Shown here one piece after another: positions 36,811 to 46,007 of a DNA stretch of 64,000 nucleotides. A model generated the notes under the pieces. The model had not been told where the DNA came from. It did no database searches and worked only from the letters and a program-made list of their open reading frames with translations. The stretch lies in NCBI GenBank assembly GCA_964598995.1, contig CAZRDR010000021.1, forward strand, positions 537-64,536, read 5' to 3'. How positions within the stretch are numbered: position 1 is the stretch's first letter; every line of letters starts with the position of its first letter. The position numbers and the translations under genes were made by a program. Source of the DNA: an uncultured Gammaproteobacteria bacterium. Its GTDB lineage: Bacteria > Patescibacteriota > Microgenomatia > Levybacterales > UBA12049.

Positions 36811-39720
36811 ATGCCCGATACATCAAATCTCAATCCAGAACAATTAGCAGCCGTTACTCATGGCGAAGGTCCTCTTTTAATTATCGCTGGTGCTGGAACT
36901 GGTAAGACAACAGTTGTTACCAAAAGAGTTGAGCACTTAATCCTTGAGAAAAAAATAGATCCAAGTAACATCCTCGCGCTCACCTTCACTGAAAAAGCAG
37001 CCAGTGAGATGGAGACGAGAGTTGATGAGATTCTTCCATATGGCTATAGCTCGCTTTGGATCGAGACATTCCATGCTTTTTGTGACCGTATACTGCGGAG
37101 TGAGGCCATCCATGTTGGTTTGACACCAAATTATGAACTGATGACTGAGACCGAAGCGCTGATGTTCATGCGTAAGCATCTTTTCTCTTTCGACCTCAAC
37201 TACTTTAGACCAATGGGTAATCCGATGAAATTCCTTCAAGGAATGCTCAATCATTTTAGTCGCCTTAAAGATGACGATATTACACCGAGTCAGTACTTAG
37301 ATTATGCCGAAAGACTAAAAGACAAAGACGTCGAGGATGAAGAAAAAATTAAGACCATAGAACTCGCCAAAGCCTTTAAGGTTTATGAGGAGCTAAAAGC
37401 AAAAGAAGGTGTCATGGATTTCTCAGATCTTATTAGTAACGTCCTCCATCTCTTCAGATCTCGAAAAAATATCTTAAAAAAATACCAAGAACAATTTAAA
37501 TATATTTTAGTTGATGAGTTCCAGGACACTAACTATGCCCAAAATGAAATGGCGATCTTACTCGCGGGGAACACTCAGAACATCACCGTCGTTGGCGATG
37601 ATGATCAGAGTATCTATCGTTGGCGTGGTGCAGCCCTTGCTAATATGCTGCAATTTCGCAATCACTTCCCCAAAGCCAAAATCGTAACGCTTAATAAAAA
37701 TTATCGTTCAACCCAAGTCATCTTAGATAGTGCACATCGTATGATCCAGAACAATAACCCTGATCGCTTAGAGGCGAAGGAAGGGATTGATAAAAAACTC
37801 ATCGCAAGTCGAACCGAAAAAGGTGAAGAAATTAAATTTCTCTTTGCTGATAATGCAGAGGATGAAGCGGAATTAGTTGCGAAAGCCATTAAGGATGAAA
37901 TGAAGAAAAATAAACGATCTTTTAATGATTTTGCGATATTAGTTCGTGCCAATGATCATGCACTTCCATTCCAAAAAGTCTTAGAGCGCCAAAAAATTCC
38001 GTCACAATTTTTAGGACCAAGTCATCTTTTTGAGCAAGAGGAAATTAAAGATCTTATCGCATACCTTAAAGTCTTAGCTAACTTTGATGACAATGCATCT
38101 TTCTACCGGGTTATCACGATGCCGATTTTTGATATAGCAGCGCGTGATGTCGCAACAGTTCTTAATTTCGTTAAGAAAAATAACTGTACCATCTTTGAAG
38201 CGATCGAGCAGATCGAAAGTGTTACCGTAACTGATGAAGGTAAAGCGAAGTTCCAACATATTGAGGAAATGATCAAAAAACATCTGAAAGTGATCTCAAC
38301 AGAAGCCGCAGGACAGATACTTTACTATTTCTTCGAAGACTCAGGGCTGTTGGGTTATTATTTAGACCCCAAGACAGTCCGTACTGAAAGAGAAGCACAA
38401 AATGTCTCCAAGTTTTTTAATAAACTCCAGACATTCGCCTCTAATAGAGAGGATGCTTCAGTCTTTGCCGTTGTTGATTGGATCGAACTCTCCATGGAGT
38501 TAGGCGAAAGTCCAATGGCAGCTGAAGTTGATTGGTCACAAGAAGATGCAGTTAACATCCTCACCGTCCACTCAAGTAAAGGCCTCGAGTTCCCAGTCGT
38601 CTTCGTCGTTAATCTCGTGACACAGCGCTTCCCAAGTCGAGACCGAAAAGAACAAATCCCAGTCCCTGGGGATATCATCCGTGAAGAATTACCAACAGGA
38701 GATGAAAATCTTCAAGAAGAACGACGACTTTTCTATGTCGCAATGACACGCGCTCGCGATAACTTATATTTGTCAGCTGCACGATTTTATGGTGAAGGTC
38801 GCCGTGAACGAAAACTATCACCATTCATTGCCGAAGCACTTGGTAGTGAGGTCATCGAGAAAATTGTTAAGAACAAACAAGCTGTCCAAAACACCCAACA
38901 GTTGACGCTACTAGACTTTTTTAATACCAATCATGTTGAGGATAAGAAGGAAGAAGAAATTCCCCAGCCGACTATTCCTCCACTCACCTATCTTTCCTAT
39001 TCTCAACTGCAAACATTTGAGAGTTGCCCACTTCACTATAAACTCCGCTATATCCTCAATGTGCCTACTAGCCCCAGTCCGGCACTCAGTTATGGCGTCA
39101 GTGTACATAGTGCTCTACGTGATTTTATGATATCACTTAAAAGTGATAGATCTACAAAAGCTGAAAGTATGCATGACTTCTTAGAAAAAAATTGGGTCAA
39201 GCAAGGTTATGTCAGTAAAAGCCATGAGCAAAAAGCATTTGACCAAGCCGACAAAATGCTTAAGTCCTTTGCCGAGAATGCCATAGTCGTTCCCCCCCAG
39301 ACACTCGCTATAGAGTTGCCATTTAATTTTTGGCTGAACAAAATAAAAATTGGTGGACGCATCGACCGTATCGATACACTTTCTGATGGCCGCATAGAAA
39401 TTATCGATTACAAAACAGGCGCTAACGTTCCTGATGAGAAAAAGCTCAAAGAGGATTTCCAGTTAACGTTCTATGCACTCGCTGCGACCAATGTTCGTAA
39501 TGAAATCTTTACCAAATCCTGTGATGAGATCGTCCTAACACTTTACTACTTGGAAGCGAATAAAAAACTCTCAACAGTGAGGACTAAGGAAGAACTAGAA
39601 ATCGCCAAAGAAAAGATAATTAAAAAAGCTGAAGAAATTCAGTACAGTGACTTTAAGTGTAGTGGTGCTATTTTCTGTCGGAAATGTGAATATAAAATGG
39701 TCTGCCGCATCCCCAATTGA
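36811..39720 (+). CDS. UvrD/PcrA-type SF1 helicase fused to a C-terminal PD-(D/E)XK Cas4/AddB-like nuclease domain with 4-Cys cluster
   Basis: The N-terminus has Walker A AGAGTGKTTV and the UvrD motifs (LTFTEKAASEM, VDEFQDTN, VGDDDQSIYRWRGA). The C-terminal roughly 250 aa carry CPLHY...GRIDRIDTLSDGRIEIIDYKTG (a D...E-x-K nuclease core) and CSGAIFCRKCEYKMVC. Together these give a C-x(n)-C-x6-C-x2-C(-x5-C) Cas4/AddB-type Fe-S pattern. Confidence 0.8.
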   Translation: MPDTSNLNPEQLAAVTHGEGPLLIIAGAGTGKTTVVTKRVEHLILEKKIDPSNILALTFTEKAASEMETRVDEILPYGYSSLWIETFHAFCDRILRSEAIHVGLTPNYELMTETEALMFMRKHLFSFDLNYFRPMGNPMKFLQGMLNHFSRLKDDDITPSQYLDYAERLKDKDVEDEEKIKTIELAKAFKVYEELKAKEGVMDFSDLISNVLHLFRSRKNILKKYQEQFKYILVDEFQDTNYAQNEMAILLAGNTQNITVVGDDDQSIYRWRGAALANMLQFRNHFPKAKIVTLNKNYRSTQVILDSAHRMIQNNNPDRLEAKEGIDKKLIASRTEKGEEIKFLFADNAEDEAELVAKAIKDEMKKNKRSFNDFAILVRANDHALPFQKVLERQKIPSQFLGPSHLFEQEEIKDLIAYLKVLANFDDNASFYRVITMPIFDIAARDVATVLNFVKKNNCTIFEAIEQIESVTVTDEGKAKFQHIEEMIKKHLKVISTEAAGQILYYFFEDSGLLGYYLDPKTVRTEREAQNVSKFFNKLQTFASNREDASVFAVVDWIELSMELGESPMAAEVDWSQEDAVNILTVHSSKGLEFPVVFVVNLVTQRFPSRDRKEQIPVPGDIIREELPTGDENLQEERRLFYVAMTRARDNLYLSAARFYGEGRRERKLSPFIAEALGSEVIEKIVKNKQAVQNTQQLTLLDFFNTNHVEDKKEEEIPQPTIPPLTYLSYSQLQTFESCPLHYKLRYILNVPTSPSPALSYGVSVHSALRDFMISLKSDRSTKAESMHDFLEKNWVKQGYVSKSHEQKAFDQADKMLKSFAENAIVVPPQTLAIELPFNFWLNKIKIGGRIDRIDTLSDGRIEIIDYKTGANVPDEKKLKEDFQLTFYALAATNVRNEIFTKSCDEIVLTLYYLEANKKLSTVRTKEELEIAKEKIIKKAEEIQYSDFKCSGAIFCRKCEYKMVCRIPN

Positions 39721-39745
39721 TCTTATAGTAATATAGTGGTATAAT
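39717..39745 (+). promoter_or_regulatory. Sigma70-like promoter for rnpB (TTGATC-N17-TATAAT)
   Basis: A consensus -10 at 39740-39745 with a 17-nt spacer. The predicted TSS falls about 7-9 nt downstream, at the P1 5' end of the RNase P RNA. Confidence 0.5.
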
Positions 39746-39753
39746 ACTGATAT

Positions 39754-40108
39754 CCCAGGAAGAAGGACCACTACGGTAGGTCGCAAGACTTGTCGAGGAA
39801 AGTCCAGACAGCGCCTATACATGGGATGGAGCGTAAGCTCTGACTAGTAATAGCTAGTGATGATAGATCTTCCCCACATATGGTCTATCAGACGGATCCT
39901 GAATTGACAGGATTTGAGAGCAACAGAGACGAGTGGGTGTGAAACGGGCAATCCTCCCAGCTGCAACTTCCGAGAACTGCGTTACTACTTGTATAGAGGA
40001 GCAGTAAAGTTCGAAGGCATTCCGCCTAAAGCGGAACGACGTGGTAGAAAGCATCACGACGAGAGAGATTGTGGTCTAAAACAGAATCTGGCTTACTACC
40101 TTCCTGGG
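39754..40108 (+). ncRNA. rnpB: RNase P RNA (bacterial type A), M1 RNA
   Basis: The 5' segment CCCAGGAAGAAGG pairs with the 3' CCTTCCTGGG to form P1. The universally conserved P4 strand CGAGGAAAGTCCAGAC (cf. GAGGAAAGUCCGGGC) is present, as is the 3' P4 strand ACAGAATCTGGCTTA (cf. ACAGAACCCGGCUUA). Length is about 355 nt. The ORF-track ORFs at 39854..40057 and 39914..40171 are artefacts inside this RNA. Confidence 0.8.
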
Positions 40109-40114
40109 ATACAA

Positions 40115-40897
40115 TTAACTACTAGCGCTGCTATACCGCTTCAACGCCCCTCTCCACGCGTAAAGACTTAACGCTAAAAGCCCTATACTAAAGCCAAAGG
40201 CTATCATGACTCCAGATGGTGTAAGTATTCCTAAAATCGCGTGAGTTGGTAATGTAATCATCGCGGCAACTGGAAGAATAAAAGTAAAGACGAGAGTTAG
40301 CGGTTTGGGATAAATCTGTAAAGGCAGTCTGCCTAACTGGGTTAATTCACGAAACATCCAGATGGCATTATCGACTTCAGTTGTGACGATGCCTAATGCT
40401 AATACCAAAATATGCATGGACATCGCTGTCACTAACCCATTAATAACCATCAAAATATAAAGAATAATCTCTCCAAGTGTTATATGTCCTATGTGCGAAA
40501 TGACATAACCGATAAATATCCCTAAAGGCACCAATGTAATTAGATCTAAGATATCACTCCCCCCGAAAAGAGAACGAAGTAAAGGAGATAATGGTTTGGT
40601 CAGAACCATATCAAAATTACCTGAGACGATATAACTTCTAAAACGATATACATCCCGCCATAAAAACTGCGAAATAATATCGATAAGATTAAAGGTAAGG
40701 AAAAACATCATTACCTGCCACAGACTAAATCCCGCAATTAATTTCGTTCTAGAAATAAGAAGATACAGAAAGACAATAAAGAATATAAAACGAATTATTT
40801 TCCCTAGCGTAAATAAGACGACGCCAAGTCGAGAAGCAAAAGCGATCTGTGTTAGCTGGGTGGTTACTTTGAACCAAAGATAAAGATATTTTTTCAT
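40115..40897 (-). CDS. ABC-2 family transporter permease (DUF990/COG4587-3694-like), type 'SASS' C-terminus, copy 2
   Basis: It has 6 TM helices, a conserved LTKPLSPL loop and a C-terminal WRGALKRYSSASS. It is paralogous to 41690..42478. Confidence 0.55.
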   Translation of the reverse strand: MKKYLYLWFKVTTQLTQIAFASRLGVVLFTLGKIIRFIFFIVFLYLLISRTKLIAGFSLWQVMMFFLTFNLIDIISQFLWRDVYRFRSYIVSGNFDMVLTKPLSPLLRSLFGGSDILDLITLVPLGIFIGYVISHIGHITLGEIILYILMVINGLVTAMSMHILVLALGIVTTEVDNAIWMFRELTQLGRLPLQIYPKPLTLVFTFILPVAAMITLPTHAILGILTPSGVMIAFGFSIGLLALSLYAWRGALKRYSSASS

Positions 40898-41724
40898 ATG
40901 CCTTGAGCCGTGTATTCTTTAAGACCTCTCGCCCATACCTGCTTTACGAGTAAATACATAAGACCTATCCAAATCACTAAAATAGCAAAGCCTCGCATCG
41001 TATCACTCGCACTCACCTCACCAAGATATAATTTCGTTGGGAAATAAATGAGGTAGGAAAAAGGCAAATATTGCAGAATTGTATAGAGTGATTTAGGTAA
41101 AATATCAAGCGGTAACAGACTCCCAGCGAGAAAGCCTACGGTTTGGTAAAAAATAAAACGCGGACCCCACGTCTCATTACTCCAAAAACCGATAAAACTA
41201 ATCGCAACGCTTATAAAAAAATACAGAATAATTCCTAAGATGAGACTAAACAAACATAAAGTAATAGAAAGGATATTCGTCTGGATCATAAATGGCGGAT
41301 GGAAGATGAGGAAAAATAGTAATAGTTCAGAGATTGAGAAAATAATATTCATGACTTTATCACCAATGTCCCGCGCAAAGTAATAAGATAGATAAGACAA
41401 TGGGCGAAGGAGAAATGTCGTCAATCCCCCTTCGTTGATCTCACTTGCGATATTTGTCGTCCGAGTTGAGAAGACTACATCTGATACGAAAGCAGAAATA
41501 AGAACATACGTTATCAGTGAGATTTGTGAATATGATGCAAAACTTCCAGTTCTACCAGACACATAAAACCAAAGAAAATAAAGCGAGAGTAACTGGAGAA
41601 CTTCCCGTAACCTGTAGACGATAAAACTTGTTCTATACGTTAACGTCTCGATCCAGGTATTTTTAGCAACTATCCAATACTTTTCCATCTTAACTGCTAG
41701 CACTCGTATATGATCGTAAAGCAA
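40894..41724 (-). CDS. ABC-2 family transporter permease (partner type, C-terminal EYTAQGI), copy 2
   Basis: It has 6 TM helices, an LLRPLSYL loop and a C-terminal ARGLKEYTAQGI. It is paralogous to the frameshifted gene at 42480..43275. The likely start is the internal Met (MEKYWIV) that overlaps the upstream stop. Confidence 0.55.
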   Translation of the reverse strand: MLYDHIRVLAVKMEKYWIVAKNTWIETLTYRTSFIVYRLREVLQLLSLYFLWFYVSGRTGSFASYSQISLITYVLISAFVSDVVFSTRTTNIASEINEGGLTTFLLRPLSYLSYYFARDIGDKVMNIIFSISELLLFFLIFHPPFMIQTNILSITLCLFSLILGIILYFFISVAISFIGFWSNETWGPRFIFYQTVGFLAGSLLPLDILPKSLYTILQYLPFSYLIYFPTKLYLGEVSASDTMRGFAILVIWIGLMYLLVKQVWARGLKEYTAQGI

Positions 41725-42478
41725 ATTTCCAGTAAAGCCTCGTGAGGATTAAGCAGACCACTGCAAAGCTAAAAAAGAATAAACCATTTAATAATGAAAG
41801 CTTGCCTAAAAATCCGTCAAGCGGTGTCACTCCGAGAATTGTCATAGAAAAAACAACTAAAAAGACGATAAAGCCTAATTCCTGATAAATCTGTGGTGGA
41901 TACCTCGTCACACTATTTAAGTTATAGAGAATCTCAGGCAGATTAGTCAGTCGTGTAAACCAAATAGACAGGACACAGACAACAAACCAAATACTGTAAA
42001 GAATAAACAATCCAATCAGCATTAACGGTATACTCATGATCACGTTAATAAGGCTGATATGAATATCAAAAGTAACACTGACATACCATAAAAAAACCAG
42101 CGCTATTAAAATTCGTGACAGGCTAATGATGCGGATGAACCAGACACTAACTAATACCTGTGAATCAATTGGTTTGAGGAGGTAGGTATCGAGTTTTCCT
42201 TGTTGGACATAGAGTGGGAATCGTTCTAAGTTACTTGAAAAAAGAGCATGAAAAATAGCGATAATAAATTGATTCACGATGGTAAGCAAAAGTATCTCTG
42301 CACGACTCCACCCCAAGACAGTATTTACTCGCGAAGTAATTAGGAGCGTAGAAAAAATTGAAAAGATTCCCCAGATAGTTCCCGATATTAAAAAATTAAT
42401 AAAGTTTGCTCGATACGCAGTTATCTGAGAAAAATTAATAATTAATAATCTTTTGTAGACATTGAGATAATGTTTCAT
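41690..42478 (-). CDS. ABC-2 family transporter permease, 'SASS' type, copy 1
   Basis: It has a YLLKPIDSQ loop and a C-terminal ALRSYTSASS, with six hydrophobic helices. Confidence 0.55.
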   Translation of the reverse strand: MKHYLNVYKRLLIINFSQITAYRANFINFLISGTIWGIFSIFSTLLITSRVNTVLGWSRAEILLLTIVNQFIIAIFHALFSSNLERFPLYVQQGKLDTYLLKPIDSQVLVSVWFIRIISLSRILIALVFLWYVSVTFDIHISLINVIMSIPLMLIGLFILYSIWFVVCVLSIWFTRLTNLPEILYNLNSVTRYPPQIYQELGFIVFLVVFSMTILGVTPLDGFLGKLSLLNGLFFFSFAVVCLILTRLYWKFALRSYTSASS

Positions 42479-42479
42479 C

Positions 42480-43275
42480 TTATTGACCTACGCCAGTATA
42501 CCCAGCAACTCCTCTCTTCCAAAGAACGTTATAAATAAATCCAAGTACGAGTATCCAAAGGATTTGTAACATAAGATACATAAACGCCGTCGGGAAATTA
42601 TATTTCCCTTCCAAAATTGTTAACGGGTAATACACCATATACGCGAACGGTAATAATTTACTGACGATCTGCAAACTCTGGAAAAAACTCAAGCGGCATA
42701 ATAAATCCTGCCAAGACGAGTAGTATGATATCTGAAATATTTTGGATACCACGAAAATCTGTAAACCAAAATGCACTAATTCCTAAAAGCATTTTAAAAA
42801 GGAATGAAATACAAAAACCACACAGTAATGAGATAATAGCGAGGATAAAAATCAATGGATCGCTGGTTATAGAAAAGAATGAACCAAAAAATCTCGTTAA
42901 TACAATGACGACCAAAACGCTAAATACCCCTTGAAGTAATCGCCAACTGATCTCTCCTACAAAGTGATTCCAAAAGTAGGAAAATGGGCGCATCAGATAC
43001 GTACTCAACTGCCCTTCCTGAATATCTCGCACCGCGACATCTTCCTCACTATGAGCGATAAGAAACGAACCCGCAATAACGAGTAAGAAATAATACGATG
43101 TTACCGATGGGAGTGACCACCCAACGATAGTGTGATTACTACTCCCGTAGACTGCAATCCAATAAGCAAGACTTATTAACGGACCAATGATTGCTAAAAG
43201 TAACCAGACAAATGATCGGCCACGGTTCTCAAATGCATCTTGAAAGTGGAGGAGAAATATTCGGAAGTAGCGCAT
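42480..43275 (-). pseudogene. ABC-2 family transporter permease (partner type, copy 1) interrupted by a frameshift: ORFs 42658..43275 and 42480..42776 overlap in different frames
   Basis: The upstream ORF contains the YLMRPFSYF loop motif. The downstream ORF ends VLWKRGVAGYTGVGQ, like the C-terminus of 40894..41724. Together they reconstitute one permease of about 265 aa. The overlap region contains an A6 homopolymer (42677-42682), a plausible indel site. Confidence 0.5.
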
Positions 43276-43280
43276 AGATG

Positions 43281-44270
43281 TTATTTAGCTTCTTGTTTAT
43301 TAGCCACAAAGAAGCCGGCAATAACATCTTCCATCTGCGGATCTTCTATAGTTATATCTTGAACTGGTAACTCTTTCAGAATTTTAGATGCGATTTCATT
43401 TGCCTCATGCTGCTTGATGCGTACTTCCCATTCTGGGAAAGTAAAGTTCCTCGTCTCCCCAAAATGAGCTAACTTTTTCTCATCAACTTTCTCTGAGAAC
43501 ACGACTTTAATAATTTTATACGGTGCATGTTTTTTAACCAGGTCTGAGAGGAGTCCATCATAAAGAATCTGTCCAAAATTAATAACAATAACTCTTTTAC
43601 ATAATGCCTCCACGTCTCCCATGTAATGAGATGTAAGGATGATAGTTGCGTTATATGTCTCGTTATATTCCTTCAAAAAATCTCTGATCGTTTTCTGCAT
43701 CACGACATCAAGTCCGATTGTCGGTTCATCAAGAAATAATACTTTGGGTGAATGGATAAGCGCTGCGATGAGTTCCATCTTCATACGCTGGCCAAGCGAT
43801 AATTTGCGAACCGGAACATGGAGAAAATCTTTTACCGCAAGTCGAGTCGAAAGATCTTCAACTACTTCGTTAAACTTGTCCGTCGGGACTTCATAGATTT
43901 CTTTATTAAGCAGGAAAGTGTCCATTGCAGGCAAATCCCACCATAATTGATTTTTCTGACCCATAACTAAGGAGATTTGCTTAAGAAATTGTGACTTACG
44001 ATCAAATGGCGTAAAGCCTAAGACTTGAACTTTACCCTTAGTCGGATAGAGGAGTCCCGAAAGACATTTCAGAGTCGTTGTTTTGCCTGCGCCATTTGGT
44101 CCGATAAAGCCAATAATTTCTCCTTCATCAATTTCAAATGAGATATTCTCAACAGCTTTAACTGTTTCATACTTACGAGCAAAAAGAGACTTAATTGACC
44201 CCGTAAAGCCAGGCTCTTTCTTGTGGACTGAGTAATATTTAGAGAGGTGATCGATGTTGATGACTGCCAT
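43281..44270 (-). CDS. ABC transporter ATP-binding protein (COG4586-like ATPase of ABC-2 system)
   Basis: Walker A GPNGAGKTT, signature LSLGQRMK, Walker B LFLDEPTIGLD, and a C-terminal extension of about 100 aa. Confidence 0.85.
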   Translation of the reverse strand: MAVINIDHLSKYYSVHKKEPGFTGSIKSLFARKYETVKAVENISFEIDEGEIIGFIGPNGAGKTTTLKCLSGLLYPTKGKVQVLGFTPFDRKSQFLKQISLVMGQKNQLWWDLPAMDTFLLNKEIYEVPTDKFNEVVEDLSTRLAVKDFLHVPVRKLSLGQRMKMELIAALIHSPKVLFLDEPTIGLDVVMQKTIRDFLKEYNETYNATIILTSHYMGDVEALCKRVIVINFGQILYDGLLSDLVKKHAPYKIIKVVFSEKVDEKKLAHFGETRNFTFPEWEVRIKQHEANEIASKILKELPVQDITIEDPQMEDVIAGFFVANKQEAK

Positions 44271-44285
44271 ACACAGCCATTATAG

Positions 44286-44314
44286 CAAAAAGAGGCTCCA
44301 TACCTGGAACCTCT
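44286..44314 (-). terminator. Rho-independent terminator downstream of hup (minus strand AGAGGTTCCAGGTATGGAGCCTCTTTTT)
   Basis: An imperfect 8-9 bp stem followed by T5-6, about 20 nt after the HU stop codon. Confidence 0.5.
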
Positions 44315-44335
44315 TTCACAGCAACACAATCAAGG

Positions 44336-44608
44336 TTATCTAATAACCTTCTTAAAGGTTTTACCAGGGGTAAAACCAGGTGCTTTACGCGCACTTAACG
44401 TAATGCGTTCACCTGTTTTGGGATTTCTTCCAACACGTTGTGCGCGACTGCGTACACTAAAAGTCCCAAAGCCTGTGAGAACTACCTTCTCACCCCTTTT
44501 TAAGGAGTCTCTTATCGTATTCAGCGTAGTTTGGACTGCATCACGAGCAGCTTTGTTCGTGAGATTTGATTTCTTAGCAACGACTTCAATAAGATCTTTT
44601 TTCGTCAT
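44336..44608 (-). CDS. hup: HU/IHF-family nucleoid DNA-binding protein
   Basis: MTKKDLIEVVAKKSNLTNKAARDAVQ...VVLTGFGTFSVRSRAQRVGRNPKTGERITL has the HU arm motif. I take the ATG at 44608, which is preceded by GGAGGTGA at 6 nt. The ORF-track start at 44617 is a GTG that would add MIF. Confidence 0.85.
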   Translation of the reverse strand: MTKKDLIEVVAKKSNLTNKAARDAVQTTLNTIRDSLKRGEKVVLTGFGTFSVRSRAQRVGRNPKTGERITLSARKAPGFTPGKTFKKVIR

Positions 44609-44706
44609 AAAAATCACCTCCTAAAGGAGAAATGAAAAAATTATTTCTTAGATTTAAGGTACAGGGAATAGAGGTGCTTGTCAAGAGATCACATTGATAC
44701 ATCAAG

Positions 44707-46002
44707 CTATTTTAATGATTCGTAAGAGGCAAGAAGAAATTTACCTTGATAAGATCCAAGCGGGATAAGCCCTTCCGGTATCCCAAAGGCAGTGTTTGCA
44801 ATTTCATGTTCCTCTCCAGATTTAACATTAAATATTTTGTAGTTTTTTGACTCATAATCAATTCCAAATAACTTGTCTCCTACAAAAATACTATAGTCGG
44901 TAAAACCACTATTTGGCAATGCAGGATCCAAAGTTGAGGTAGGTATGTGAAAGAGATATATAGAATCTTTGGTGAGAATAGCTAGAATATCCTTATTATC
45001 ATTCAGTAGGATATTCTTAACTTTCCCCTTAATTTGGCTAAGGTCAAACAATGGAGTAGTTACCTTTGAAGTCACTTTCATCAAATTGATTTTACCATCG
45101 GCAAAAGTGTAATCTTCAAAGGAGTACTCCTCAGGTGTTTGTTTAAGCTCTGCGAGAATAATGCTATCTTCCTTTGGTAAGGATCCTATAAATCGCGGGT
45201 TGTTATTACATCCCATTCCTGTCTTAGTCAACTCTTGATTACCAGATGTGGTAACTCGATAAATCTCACCATAGCCACCGCAGCCATCTCCCCCAAATGA
45301 CCCGATAATCTGACCTGCACTAGACGTAAACAGATACTCAGCATCCCCATAAATAACTGGATCTATCGTCGTAAGTTCTGTCTCTTTATTTGATGTTGTA
45401 TCAAAAAGACGTACTGATACTTTCTGGCTATGCTCATAATCTAAGGCTTTGGTTGTGTAAAAGACTTCATTATTGTCACTTATTACAGAACCGGGTCCAT
45501 AACCCGAGGCAAAAGTAACTGGTGAGACTCTAGCTTGGCTAGATGTTCTAAGGTCAAATTTATATAGCGTATTCTCACTAATAAAGTAAATGCTGTTATT
45601 ATTATCCCACGTATGAAATAATCTGGGATTACTTTCGGATTTATAACCTCCTAAGAGGATAAATTTCTCACCATCAAATGAATAGATCTTCATATTTGCA
45701 TCCTTAGGTACGGTAACGGTTGGGACTACTGTTGGAGTTATTTCTTTACTGACTTGAGTTGGAATAGGCACCGTAGCTGACTTCAATTTCTGAGAAGCCG
45801 TATTTACTATAAGGAGCATGCCTGCAATTCCAAGTATTAACACTGCCACAAATCCGATTAAGAGAAATTTCTTTCGTGACCTATGAGGAGGTGGCGGTAC
45901 AGAAGGCTGAGAAGGAATTTGAGCTATTTGAGGCTGCTGTTCTAATGAAGGTTGAGGTTGCTCCACATACTCATCTTTACAGACATTAACAGGTAAAGTC
46001 AA
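44707..46002 (-). CDS. Membrane-anchored hypothetical protein with Pro/Gln-rich cytoplasmic N-terminus and large extracytoplasmic domain (possible beta-propeller)
   Basis: QPQPSLEQQPQIAQIPSQPSVPPPPHRSRKK, then a TM helix (FLLIGFVAVLILGIAGMLLIV), then a 370-aa domain with repeated YxF/D-G segments. Confidence 0.4.
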   Translation of the reverse strand: MTLPVNVCKDEYVEQPQPSLEQQPQIAQIPSQPSVPPPPHRSRKKFLLIGFVAVLILGIAGMLLIVNTASQKLKSATVPIPTQVSKEITPTVVPTVTVPKDANMKIYSFDGEKFILLGGYKSESNPRLFHTWDNNNSIYFISENTLYKFDLRTSSQARVSPVTFASGYGPGSVISDNNEVFYTTKALDYEHSQKVSVRLFDTTSNKETELTTIDPVIYGDAEYLFTSSAGQIIGSFGGDGCGGYGEIYRVTTSGNQELTKTGMGCNNNPRFIGSLPKEDSIILAELKQTPEEYSFEDYTFADGKINLMKVTSKVTTPLFDLSQIKGKVKNILLNDNKDILAILTKDSIYLFHIPTSTLDPALPNSGFTDYSIFVGDKLFGIDYESKNYKIFNVKSGEEHEIANTAFGIPEGLIPLGSYQGKFLLASYESLK

Positions 46003-46007
46003 GAATA

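Noticed and set aside
39854-40171. Two ORF-track ORFs (39854..40057 minus, 39914..40171 plus)
   Set aside because: They are embedded in the RNase P RNA gene. Conserved P4 and P1 RNA motifs explain the region.
44271-44290. Leaderless transcription of the ABC ATPase gene from a TATAAT located 8 nt upstream of its ATG
   Set aside because: A -10-like hexamer exists (minus strand TATAAT at 44279-44284), but no convincing -35 element. It overlaps the hup terminator T-tract. This is too speculative without TSS data.
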